Below are positions 17,319-27,500 of a DNA stretch of 64,000 bases, one piece after another. Origin of the DNA: an uncultured Christensenellaceae bacterium (lineage in GTDB: Bacteria; Bacillota; Clostridia; Christensenellales; CAG-314); the NCBI GenBank assembly GCA_910587795.1, contig CAJUNH010000002.1:67346-131345 (forward strand), read 5' to 3'. Below the pieces are notes generated by a model, which saw only the letters and a list, made by a program, of their open reading frames with translations, was not told the DNA's origin and made no database searches. Positions within the stretch are counted from its first letter, which is position 1. Each line of letters starts with the position of its first letter. Made by a program: the position numbers and the translations under genes.

Positions 17319-18707
17319 TTACCTTTTCATTTTGGGGTCCATTGCGTCGCGCAAACCGTCACCGACAAAATTGAAGCCCAAAACGGCAATTACAATTAAG
17401 ATACCTGCGGGAATCCACAGATTTGGATAGTTCTGCATGGTAATGGGATTTGTAGATGCGGATATCATAGTACCCCACGCCGCATAAGGGATAGGAACGC
17501 CCAAACCCAAATAGCTTAACGTTGACTCGTACAAAATTACGCTGCCAAGTCCTAACGTCATGGACACAATAAGCTGAGGCATAATGTTGGGAACAAGGTG
17601 CTTAAATATTCTGCGCCAAGTGGGAGTCCCCATAACCTCGCACGCAACGATATATTCCTGCTCCCGCAAATACAAAATCTGTCCGCGAACCATACGGGCG
17701 ATTCCGCTCCAACCGAATACGGTCAAAATTATCATAAGATAATAGATATTGAACTGAGGGTCTACTTCCCAAGATTCCAGTACGGCGGAAGCGATAAGCA
17801 AAATAGGCAATGTGGGTATACAGTTAAGCACATCCACGACGCGCATTATAACCTGATCTACCCAACCGCCGAAATAGCCTGCCAGTCCGCCCATCAGTAC
17901 GCCCAAAAGCGTTTCCAAAATAACGACGACGAATCCCAGCGTCAACGACACCCTGCCGCCGTACATCAAGCGGATAAATACGTCCATACCCTTTTCGTCG
18001 GTGCCCAGCCAGTGGTTTCCGTCGGGAGAAGCATATTGGTTAAAATCTACAAGTCTGTCGTTATACTGATAAACGCTGTGCTTTTCTCCTTTAGCGTCGA
18101 TGTACTCCACCCACTCGCCCGCTCTGCGCCAAGTGGGAGAATAATCGGGGTCGATTTCGCCCCATTGATAGCCGCCCCACTTCATAAAAACGGGACCTAA
18201 GAAAGCAAATAAAAACAGTACTATTAACATTACCAAGCCCACAAGCGACAGCCGCGAACGGAAAAATCTGCGCGCAACCATAAGCGCGGGAGATAATTGT
18301 TTGTAGTGTACTTGCTGCTCTACATTGTCGTCGGTAATTTTCTCGGTGACGGTAAATTCTTCTGCCGTTACAGTTTCCAACGTCGGTTCGGCTATTGCCG
18401 CAGACTTTGCTTCTTCCGTTTTTTGTTTTTTAATTCCGTGAGTATCTTTTATATTAGCCTCGTCATTTTTAACAGCAGACATTGTTTTGGTGGATTTTTT
18501 ATCCGTTGTTCCTCCGGATTTTTTTGCTACCGTTTTAACCGCCGTAGCGCCGGTTTTTTTAGCCGACGCTGTTGCGGTTGTGCCCGTCGTTTTTTTAGAC
18601 GTTGTTTTGGATGTCTTTGCCGTTTGCTGTTTTTCCGCAGCTTTTACATCCGCAGACGTTGTTGCGGTAGTTTCGGTAATATTTTCTATATTTTCTTTTT
18701 TACTCAT
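17319..18707 (-). CDS. oppC: Oligopeptide ABC transporter permease (OppC-type) with a Lys/Thr/Ala-rich N-terminal extension of about 150 aa
   Basis: Conserved core GTDEKGMDVF, EYIVACEVMGTPTWRRIFKHLVPN and six TM segments. 462 aa against about 300 for a typical OppC. Confidence 0.85.
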   Translation of the reverse strand: MSKKENIENITETTATTSADVKAAEKQQTAKTSKTTSKKTTGTTATASAKKTGATAVKTVAKKSGGTTDKKSTKTMSAVKNDEANIKDTHGIKKQKTEEAKSAAIAEPTLETVTAEEFTVTEKITDDNVEQQVHYKQLSPALMVARRFFRSRLSLVGLVMLIVLFLFAFLGPVFMKWGGYQWGEIDPDYSPTWRRAGEWVEYIDAKGEKHSVYQYNDRLVDFNQYASPDGNHWLGTDEKGMDVFIRLMYGGRVSLTLGFVVVILETLLGVLMGGLAGYFGGWVDQVIMRVVDVLNCIPTLPILLIASAVLESWEVDPQFNIYYLMIILTVFGWSGIARMVRGQILYLREQEYIVACEVMGTPTWRRIFKHLVPNIMPQLIVSMTLGLGSVILYESTLSYLGLGVPIPYAAWGTMISASTNPITMQNYPNLWIPAGILIVIAVLGFNFVGDGLRDAMDPKMKR

Positions 18708-18717
18708 AATATCACCG

Positions 18718-20115
18718 TCACTTTGTCAGTTTTACGCGCGGGTCTACCACGGCGTACATAATATCGCTAAGCAACGTTCCTATTACCGTAAGAATAGCAA
18801 GGAACATATTGTAACCCATAATAAACGGTATATCTCCGTTACGCAGCGCTTTGTAAGCAAGCCGCCCTATACCGTCGATACTGAAAACTTCCTCTGTAAT
18901 CATCGCTCCGCCGAACAAGCTGGGCAAGATACCTGCCATTAACGTCATTAGCGGAATCATAGTATTGCGGAACGCGTGCACGTATACTACGCGCTTTTCG
19001 GACAAGCCTTTTGCGCGGGCTGTACGGATATAGTCGGAGTTTAAAACTTCCAGCATATTCGTACGCGTATAACGCATCATACCGCCTATGGACAGCACTA
19101 CAAGCACCGTCATAGGCAGTACCAAGTGCCACAGCATATCGGGCAGGTTTTGCCATACGTTTACCGCGCTGCTGCCGCCGCTTACAAGTCCCGAAGCGGG
19201 GAACCAGCCCAAAGTTGTAGCAAACAGTTTTATAAGCAATGCCGCAAAGAAGAAAGACGGCAGAGATATACCCATAAGCGTGACAACCGTAACTATATAG
19301 TCCGCTGCGGAATACTGGTGCGTTGCGCTTACAATACCCAAAGGAATTGCGATTGCAAATTCCAAAATCATTGCAACAAAGGATAGTGCAAAGGATATCC
19401 ACATATTTTCCGCAATAACCTGCGTTACGGGCAGCTGATGGTCGAACGATTCGCCCAAATCGAATTTCAAGGCGTTACCCAACCACTTAAAATAACCGCC
19501 CAGCACTGCGCCCAGTTTATCGCCGAAGTTGGAATTACGGTACGATACGGCGCAGAATTCGCCGTTTGTAATAATATCGAAATCCAAAGTAAGGTTGTAA
19601 ACGCCGTTTTCGTCGCGCTCGTTTATAACAAAGTATCCGCTTTTTAAAACCGTTTTCTTTTCTTCGTTTTTGCCTGTTTCCTCATCTTTTACCGTTTCGC
19701 GCAAACTGATTTCGTACTCGCCGCTTTCTTTAAGAATCATCATATACGTTATTCCGTTTATAGTAGCGTCGAACTCGTTAATTTGTTTTACGTACCATTC
19801 CTCGACAGACAGCAATTCGTTTTGAGCGTCCTCGTAATCGCGGTCGGAGGAGTTACCCACAAAAGTAACTTCCCCTCGCACGCCCGGCACGTCGCTTACT
19901 TTAACGTCCACATATGATTCCGGCATAAACAAACCGTATTTTTGACGGAATTCATTTAACTTTGCGCGCGTCATTGTACCCTGCTGCAACTGAGAATGAA
20001 ATTTTGTTTCCAAGTAGTCGGTAGGCATCAAACGCACCAAAGTATAAATAATTATCGATACGCCCAGCAAGATGACTATTGCAAGACCTATTCTTTTGAG
20101 AATATATTTAACCAT
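18718..20115 (-). CDS. oppB: Oligopeptide ABC transporter permease (OppB-type) with an insertion of about 130-150 aa in the first external loop
   Basis: Typical start MVKYILKRIGLAIVILLGVSIIIY and EAA-type loop YIRTARAKGLSEKRVVYVHAFRN. 465 aa against about 310 for a typical OppB. Confidence 0.85.
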   Translation of the reverse strand: MVKYILKRIGLAIVILLGVSIIIYTLVRLMPTDYLETKFHSQLQQGTMTRAKLNEFRQKYGLFMPESYVDVKVSDVPGVRGEVTFVGNSSDRDYEDAQNELLSVEEWYVKQINEFDATINGITYMMILKESGEYEISLRETVKDEETGKNEEKKTVLKSGYFVINERDENGVYNLTLDFDIITNGEFCAVSYRNSNFGDKLGAVLGGYFKWLGNALKFDLGESFDHQLPVTQVIAENMWISFALSFVAMILEFAIAIPLGIVSATHQYSAADYIVTVVTLMGISLPSFFFAALLIKLFATTLGWFPASGLVSGGSSAVNVWQNLPDMLWHLVLPMTVLVVLSIGGMMRYTRTNMLEVLNSDYIRTARAKGLSEKRVVYVHAFRNTMIPLMTLMAGILPSLFGGAMITEEVFSIDGIGRLAYKALRNGDIPFIMGYNMFLAILTVIGTLLSDIMYAVVDPRVKLTK

Positions 20116-20134
20116 TTAATTTTCCTATAAGTGT

Positions 20135-22738
20135 TTATTTGGATTCCTTAAGACTAACTTCCCATAATCTTGCAAGAGGTCCGTTATATGCCGTCAAATC
20201 AGCTCCGTGCTGCAACGTATCGGCGTCTATAATGCTTGTGTTAAATGCAAACAAGTCGCTGCGTTGATATGTAGGCAATTCTACCGCCAAATCCATAACC
20301 AAATCCAAAGCTTCCGCGTAACGTTCCTTACGTTCGTTTTGGTCGGTTGTTTCGCGCGCTTCGTCGATTAAAACTGACAGCTGCTGTACAATGCCGTATT
20401 CGTAATCGTACTTGCCGCCTGCGTTACGCAGAATCGCTCTGTAACCCCAGTTGGAGGTAGACCCGGCAGTGGAGTCCTTATGATAAACCTGATACATATC
20501 GGGGTCGATTGCCGCGCCCCAAGCAGCCGCCCATACGGTCAAGTCGCCGCTGCTGAGTTTACTTAACGCACGGATATCGGTTGCTACGTTAACTTTAAAA
20601 CCTACGCCGTTAAGGATTGCCGCCGCTTTTGTAAGAGCCATATATGCGGGGTGGTCGGTGGATTCGCCGGCAATGGTAAACGTAAACTTTAATACCGTGT
20701 TGCCCTTTTGCAAAATGCCCTGAGCGTTTAACGAATAATCTTTTACAAGTTCCTTAATAATTGTCGCTTCGGGGTCAAATTCGTAGTAGTGTTCGTCCTT
20801 CTTTTGACTGCCTTCGGCATGCATATCGTTTACTTCGTCGGGATACGCCCAAGAAACGCGCGTCATAGGACGGTAAATAGCCTGAGAATATCCGTGATAG
20901 TAGTCTACGCACAGCTGAGTGTTAATTGCGTGCATAATAGCTCTGCGCACGTTTACGTCGGGGATTTTTTCCGCATTGATACCTACGTATCCGTAGCCGT
21001 TGGTTTCCACCTTGTCGTAGTCGATTGCCGTACCGTTTTGCTTATGTGCCTCGATATCGTTAATGATATCCTGCGTGCAGGACGGCTCTACAAAGTGAAC
21101 GTCGCCGCTGTATAACGTATCCAGCATAGAGTTAGTGGAAACCACCTGATAGTTTACGTACTTGATTTTTGCGGGGAACATAAAGTGTTCGTTACGTTCA
21201 AAATATACAACGCCGTGACTGCGGAACGTACCTGCCTGTACGTTACTGCTGTCGCCCGACTGCGTAGTAGCTTTGTAGGGACCTGCGCCTACGGGCACGC
21301 CTATTTTAGAAGAATCCTTTATGACTTTATCTTGGAAATCGGGCGAACCGAAATCTATACCGAAGTTCTTTTCGTAATCGAATTTAGCGATTTGGTCGCT
21401 GTTGGAGTAATAATACATTGGCGCAACGGTAAAAGCAAAGTTCCAAATTGCTTTGGGGTCGACCTTTTCGATAGTTATTTCCAAAACCTCGTGGCACGTC
21501 GTTACCACCGAGCCGTCGGCGTTGTATGCCGTAACGGGAGCGTATGTATTGCCGTTTACTTCCACCGCCTCGGTACGGTTAATAAACTTAATACCGCTGA
21601 TGTTCTGTATACGTTCGTCTTCGTTCATATTGTCGAAGTATTCTTTTTTAAGTTTGTTGGCAAGGTACTGTCTAAGTTCGTTACCCGTGTTCCACATATT
21701 GATAACTTCGTCGATACTGTTGGGGACATAACTGTCGTACATACGCTGTACCGCTTCTTCTCTCGTCCAGTTTTTGCTTGCTTCGCCGAAGGAGTACTCG
21801 AATTTGTGATTTTTTTCGTCCCAGGTAATTTTACCTTCGTTATAAAGAAAAGCTTCCGTGTCGGTTGTCAAGCAAACTTCCGTAACGCCGTCTGCCGCCA
21901 TAAACTTAATATCTTTTGCCGTGTCTACGCTGTTGGTGTAGTCCGTTTCCAACTCCTTACGGAAATACGCCTTAGCGTAGCCGTAGTCCTCTACAACGTG
22001 CTGCGACAGCGGGCTTGTATGTTCCTGTTGCCACGCTTTAAGCAATTCTGTCATTTCGGCATCGGTTAAAGACCTGTTGCTTGTATCGTCGCGGATATCG
22101 TTGATTGCGTCGATTGTTAATTGCTCAATACGTGACAAAGCTTCGGAATCGAATCTTTCGTTAAACTTATCCTGTTCGCGCTGAGAACGCGTCTGCGTTT
22201 GATATTCCTTTAAACCTACAATCTCGGTAGAGTAAATCGTTGCGCTTCCGTAATAAGCGGGATCGAGATACTCGTACAAATTGAACAGCACGTCTTTCAT
22301 CGTAAGGGGAGAACCGTTACTGAATTTAACGTTATTTTTAAGCACAAATCTGTATCGAGTAAACTGATCTCCGTTTTCGGTATACGTATACTCGTCGTAA
22401 TCGTATACAACGCACGGTTCCGCCGCAAGAGCGGCTATACGCGTTTGCGGAGTTGTATACCCGATAATATTACCGTTTTTATCTGCCGCCAACATAGAAA
22501 TCTGCGTCATACCTACAATATTGCTGTCTGCCGCAGCCGACGAATAAAACGGATTAAATACGCCGTCCATTTCGGCAGTGGACAATACCAGACGGGTCGT
22601 TTCGTTGTTTATACCGGTGGGTCCCGTCGGGGTATTCGGATCTACGGGATCGTCGCACGCGACAAATCCAAACGTCATGGTAAAGACCATCGCCGCAAGT
22701 ACCAAACATGTTAAAAATGTTTTTAATTTTGTTTTCAT
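20135..22738 (-). CDS. oppA: Family-5 (peptide/nickel type) ABC substrate-binding lipoprotein, oversized at 867 aa
   Basis: GAGGAG RBS and lipobox FVAC. SBP family-5-like core (e.g. GVPVGAGPYK, ETNGYGYVGIN). It sits directly upstream of oppBCDF. Confidence 0.8.
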   Translation of the reverse strand: MKTKLKTFLTCLVLAAMVFTMTFGFVACDDPVDPNTPTGPTGINNETTRLVLSTAEMDGVFNPFYSSAAADSNIVGMTQISMLAADKNGNIIGYTTPQTRIAALAAEPCVVYDYDEYTYTENGDQFTRYRFVLKNNVKFSNGSPLTMKDVLFNLYEYLDPAYYGSATIYSTEIVGLKEYQTQTRSQREQDKFNERFDSEALSRIEQLTIDAINDIRDDTSNRSLTDAEMTELLKAWQQEHTSPLSQHVVEDYGYAKAYFRKELETDYTNSVDTAKDIKFMAADGVTEVCLTTDTEAFLYNEGKITWDEKNHKFEYSFGEASKNWTREEAVQRMYDSYVPNSIDEVINMWNTGNELRQYLANKLKKEYFDNMNEDERIQNISGIKFINRTEAVEVNGNTYAPVTAYNADGSVVTTCHEVLEITIEKVDPKAIWNFAFTVAPMYYYSNSDQIAKFDYEKNFGIDFGSPDFQDKVIKDSSKIGVPVGAGPYKATTQSGDSSNVQAGTFRSHGVVYFERNEHFMFPAKIKYVNYQVVSTNSMLDTLYSGDVHFVEPSCTQDIINDIEAHKQNGTAIDYDKVETNGYGYVGINAEKIPDVNVRRAIMHAINTQLCVDYYHGYSQAIYRPMTRVSWAYPDEVNDMHAEGSQKKDEHYYEFDPEATIIKELVKDYSLNAQGILQKGNTVLKFTFTIAGESTDHPAYMALTKAAAILNGVGFKVNVATDIRALSKLSSGDLTVWAAAWGAAIDPDMYQVYHKDSTAGSTSNWGYRAILRNAGGKYDYEYGIVQQLSVLIDEARETTDQNERKERYAEALDLVMDLAVELPTYQRSDLFAFNTSIIDADTLQHGADLTAYNGPLARLWEVSLKESK

Positions 22739-22743
22739 TATTG

Positions 22744-23874
22744 TTACTCCTCTGTTGACTTAGTTGTTAAACTGCAAGTAAAATCGGTTATTTCCGCATT
22801 TTCCTGCTGATTGTAAATTATAACGATGTTGTCTCCAACAAGATTATTTAATTGGACGTCTTTATTTAAAGTTTCCGCAACGCCTTCTATTTGTACGTTA
22901 TGTATCTTTGCCGCGCCGCAGTTTTGAGCCATTACCGCTATTTGAATACGGACGGACGCGGTTTCCTTTATTCTGTAAGTTACGTCGGCAAACTTTATAT
23001 TTTGCAGCACCGCTTTGTCGCGCAAAGTACCGAACATACTGATTGTACCCGACGAATAGTTTTCTACCACAAAATTCTTTACGGTATAGTTGTTGCCTTC
23101 CCATATTCCGCTGTACGAATTAATGTACAAAGTGTCCGCCTCGCAATCCACATCGTTTAACAAATAAATGTTTTTATTGCCGCGGTATGCCGTGTACAAA
23201 TCGTCGTAATTACGCACCAAACTCCATTCGCCTTCGATATAAGTAACGTAAATCGGCACGTCCAAAGTCTGCTCGTTTGCGGGATGGACAAAATTATCGT
23301 CCCACTCTACGGTGCAAGTTATATCGCTGTAATACCCCAGCGCCGTGTATCCCGCCCGTTTTGCCGTTCTTTCGCGGTTGTTCTTGCTGATTTTTGCGCC
23401 TAAACTGATTTGCTCCTGCGAGGGAGTGTAGCTGTTTACGGCAACGGGTTTTCCTCCGTCCAAGTAATATACGGTAAACGTATATTTTATTTGCTTTTCC
23501 CAACCGGCGTATAAAATCAGTTCGTCCTGTTCCAGTCTGTCCTTTGCAAAATCCCACTTTTGGGTGCACGCTTCGTCTTTATACCAACCCGTAAAGTCGT
23601 AACCGCTGCGCCTTATCGCGTCCGTCGTACCTTCCTTAGAATAGTACTCAACCGGATCCAGTATCAGCACGCCCTTTTCCTCGTATGCGTAGCCGTAGGA
23701 TGAGGAGTCGTCCACGCTGGACGTAGACATCGTCAGCGACCCGCCGTTAAACTTAAATTTTACAATATACTTACCGTCCAGTACGTCGTCGCCTGTTTTA
23801 CAAGCGGCAAAACATATGACGCTTGCCAACAGCACTACGGCAAGCAATAACAGTAGTTTGCTTTTATGCTTCAT
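22744..23874 (-). CDS. Lipoprotein (376 aa) with two Listeria-Bacteroides repeats and a C-terminal beta-rich domain
   Basis: GAGG RBS and lipobox FAAC. Repeats end SGYDFTGWYKD...LILYAGW and AGYTALGYYSD...VTYIEGEW. Confidence 0.8.
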   Translation of the reverse strand: MKHKSKLLLLLAVVLLASVICFAACKTGDDVLDGKYIVKFKFNGGSLTMSTSSVDDSSSYGYAYEEKGVLILDPVEYYSKEGTTDAIRRSGYDFTGWYKDEACTQKWDFAKDRLEQDELILYAGWEKQIKYTFTVYYLDGGKPVAVNSYTPSQEQISLGAKISKNNRERTAKRAGYTALGYYSDITCTVEWDDNFVHPANEQTLDVPIYVTYIEGEWSLVRNYDDLYTAYRGNKNIYLLNDVDCEADTLYINSYSGIWEGNNYTVKNFVVENYSSGTISMFGTLRDKAVLQNIKFADVTYRIKETASVRIQIAVMAQNCGAAKIHNVQIEGVAETLNKDVQLNNLVGDNIVIIYNQQENAEITDFTCSLTTKSTEE

Positions 23875-23984
23875 CGTTACCTCTAAAATCGTTACTTCTA
23901 AATTTGATTGTTACGTTAACAGCCTTTACGTTACCGAAAACGCTGTCCGCAGATAATTTGCCGACATTATTACCGGCTGCGACG

Positions 23985-24587
23985 TTATGCGGTAAAATCG
24001 TACGTAAACACAACCTGATAGCCGCTGCGTTCAAAACTTATTTCCACCGACTGTATTGCGTCTTCTGTGTACTTTGCAACAACCCTGCCGTTTTGTCCTT
24101 CGGTGTCGCTGCCCATTAACTTGGACAAGTCTTTTACGTTTGCGGAAAATACTCCGTCCTTATCTTCAACTTTATCCAAGTTGGATTTATTAAAGTTAAG
24201 AGCAACCGCCGTTATTTGAGTCAAATCCAAGTTGGGTTTTGCTCCGTCCTGCGTTTCCACCTGCGTTACGCCGTCAACCGACGTAATTTTCATAGAACCG
24301 CTGTACGTGGTTATTCTTTCATCGGGAACTTCGTACGAGCCGTTATCGGTTATAATTTCGTTTAAAACCTGATAGCTATACTGTACCGATACGGAGTCGT
24401 CCGCTTGTTTTACCGCGGTGTACGTTCCTTTTAGTTCTACATTGCCGTCAGTAACGTTAACCGTAAGTTTTACGTTTTCGTGAGGATCTTTACAAAGGTC
24501 GTCCAAGCGGCCGAACATTTTGTTACAGCCGCACAGCGACAGGCAAACAATCAACGCCAAAACAATAAGTATTATTTTCTTTTTCAT
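23985..24587 (-). CDS. Small lipoprotein (200 aa), function unknown; paralog of the 177-aa lipoprotein at 1880..2413
   Basis: AGGAGG RBS and lipobox LCGC. Its ATG overlaps the TGA of the 2617-aa gene (ATGA at 24584..24587). Confidence 0.8.
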   Translation of the reverse strand: MKKKIILIVLALIVCLSLCGCNKMFGRLDDLCKDPHENVKLTVNVTDGNVELKGTYTAVKQADDSVSVQYSYQVLNEIITDNGSYEVPDERITTYSGSMKITSVDGVTQVETQDGAKPNLDLTQITAVALNFNKSNLDKVEDKDGVFSANVKDLSKLMGSDTEGQNGRVVAKYTEDAIQSVEISFERSGYQVVFTYDFTA

Positions 24588-27500
24588 AGTTTGCCTCCTA
24601 ACAGATTTTTGAGTGCTACCGCTACTATTGCCAACAGCGACAAAATTCCCGCCACCTGCAAAGTAACGTTGGTTGCCGTTTTTGTCACCTCCGCATTAAC
24701 GGTGTTTATTGTTTTTACCAAAGTATTGTAAGACGTAACCGCCGCTTGCAGCTTATCGCTGTTTGTTACGTATGCCTTTTCTTCGGCAGTCAAAGCGTTA
24801 AATACGTTTAGCGCCTGCGATAGCCTGTCAAAACAGCTCTGCGCCGACGATACTTCGCCTATTGCGTCGATTGCGTCTATGGCAGCCTGAGCCGCCTTTT
24901 TGCGTTCGGCTTCTAACTCTTCGTTTCTTTCCTTAATTGCTTTTTCCAAGTCCGCGTTTGCTTTTACAAGTTTGTCGTAATTGGTTATTAAATCTTTTTC
25001 CTCTGCAGACAGTACGTTGTACGCGCTGTTTGCTTTTTCCACAAGGTTGATACTGCGGTCTGTACTGTCGATACCGACAAGCTTATTTATAGCGTTGATT
25101 GCCACGTCCACGTTATACGCGCTAAGCGCGGTTTGATAACGGTCGACAACCGATTTGTCTACCGCTGCAAGCTCGTCCGTATGACGCTGCAGCGCGTTGT
25201 ATGCCGTTATTGCATCGCCCATACTCTTTGCGGCAAATCTGTCTACGACGTCGGGCAAATTGTTTACCGCGTTAATAAACGCAATTGCGTATCCGCCCAT
25301 AGGGGTAAACTGCGACTTTGTTATCGTGTTGAAATATGCCGTGTAAAGCGCAGAGTCGTAACCTTCGCTGTTAACGGGCAGTACGGCTTGTAAATTAGAA
25401 GCCTTTTTACTTGTTACAAAATCCACAAACGTTGCGTAATACAACGGATACGGAACACCGAACGAAGGTTTATAGTCGGGATTTGCCAACAGTTGCAGCA
25501 GTTGAGTGTAGTAATAGTAATCGTACTTGTACAGTTTGTCGAACCCGGGGAATCTATCCTTTAAGTCGCTGCCGGGCAGGATATCCAACTCGCCGCTCAT
25601 CGTGCCTTCCAAAACGGGCGCATAATACGAACGGAACTCCACCGTAGCAAGCTTATCGCAGGAGTAGAACGACATATTACCTATGTTCGTCAGTGTTTGA
25701 GGCAACACGATCTTTGTGATGTTTTTGTTTCCGTATGCCGCCAAAAACTCGATGCGCACAACTCCTTCGGGAACTGCGTATTCCGCATCCGTCTTTGCCG
25801 CGGGATAGGACGATAACATATAGCCTTTATTCGTGGACGTGTACAAAACTCCTTTATCCAACATAACGTTGCTAAACGTAACGTCAAACACCTTTTGTCC
25901 GTTTACCGTCGCATAGAAAGTTTCAAATTTTTCTGCGTAAGTAAACGCGCCGTAATCTACAAACCTTAAATTGTCTGTAACTTCAAACTCTGTAATAAGC
26001 GAATCGACAAACACCATACTGCCGATTTCTTCCAGTTTGGGAGCGTTAAATTGCTGCAAAGCTCCGCTGCCGTAAAACGCGTTTTCCAACAAAAATCTAA
26101 GTTCGGGTGCGTTTACCGTTTTTAGGTGCGGGTTTTTAACGGGAACAAACTGCAATCCCTGAGATGTTTGCACCAACTCCGCCTCACAAAACGCTTGTAC
26201 GTCGATAGATTCGACTTTCGGCAACGTCAACGTTTCGGGCACCTGCGTCCCCAAGAAAGACATTTTGCCTACCTTTGTGATGTTATCAAAATCAAACTCG
26301 GCAAGATTCAGCGACGAGCATCCGTAAAATACGCCGTCGTTAATTACGCTTAGCTTGCTGCCGAACGTAATGTTTTGCAATTTTTCGCAGAATTCAAACG
26401 CGCCTTCGCCTATTGTTTCAACCTCGGGCAAACTTACCGTTTCAAGATCCATACATCCGTAAAACGCGTATTCGCCTATTTCTATTGCCTTAGGTAAAAT
26501 TATAATTACAATAGCGGGTCCTTCGTAAACAAACTGCTGTCCTCCGGAAACCAACTCGAATTGCGCAAACGCGTCGTGTTCCACTTTTTCCGCGTTGTCC
26601 GCAGTAACGTTTACCAATGACGCGCAGCCGCTGAAACATCCTTCGGGAATAACGGCAATATTGCCCAAGTCTACGCTTGCAAGCTTACTGCACATTGCAA
26701 ACGAGTATGCGCTTAGTTCCGTTGCTTTCGTAAGATCGATACGTACCAAAGAACTGCTGTTAAAGAACGCGTACTGTCCTATAACAACGCCGCCATCTGC
26801 AGGCATTTCCACCGTTGCAACAGCCGTGTTGGCAAATGCGTAATCGCCTATCTTGGCGTTTTTACCTAAATACAAATTTATAAGTTTACTTGTATACGTA
26901 GCGTTCAGTACGGTGGATTTTCCTACCGAAAACGCCCTGTATCCTACCGTTGCGCCGTCGCCTACGGTTACCGCTGTAAGTGCCGTATTGTAGAAAGCGA
27001 ATTCGCCTATGGACGGACACTTGCTTAAATCGATATTTTTAAGATTTACCGCTTCGGTAAACGCGCGGTCGTCTATTGCTACCGCATTGTCCCCCAACTT
27101 AACCGCCGTAAGGTTTGCGCAGTACGCGAATGCGGAATTTCCTATTTTTTCCAGTTGACTGACGGAAGCGTCCAATACGTTAAGGTTACGGTTTCCGGAA
27201 AACGCGCCGTCCGCAATTACTTTGACGTTTTCGGGCAATACGTATATACCGCCGTCAAAAGTTTTGTTAGTAAGCGCCAAAATCAATTCCGTGCCGTCTT
27301 TGCTGAACAAAATTCCGTCTTTAACGCTGTAATGGTTGGAGTTTGCCGCGCTAAAAGCAACGTTTGTTCCGCCCAGCGCGTTAAACATCAATGCGCCCAC
27401 TTCGTTAATTACCGTGTTTGCGTTTAATATCAACGTTGTAAGGGACGCGCAATTGCCGAATACGTTATCGCCAAAGGACGTTATACCGTCGGGCAGCACT

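Noticed and set aside
18839-19402. 187-aa same-strand alternative-frame ORF inside oppB.
   Set aside because: It is Arg/Cys-rich nonsense composition, and the oppB frame carries the conserved permease motifs.
23875-23984. Four CGTTAC motifs in the 110-nt gap between the 200-aa and 376-aa lipoprotein genes.
   Set aside because: The hexamers are short with irregular spacing, which is consistent with chance. There is no hairpin or promoter-like arrangement.
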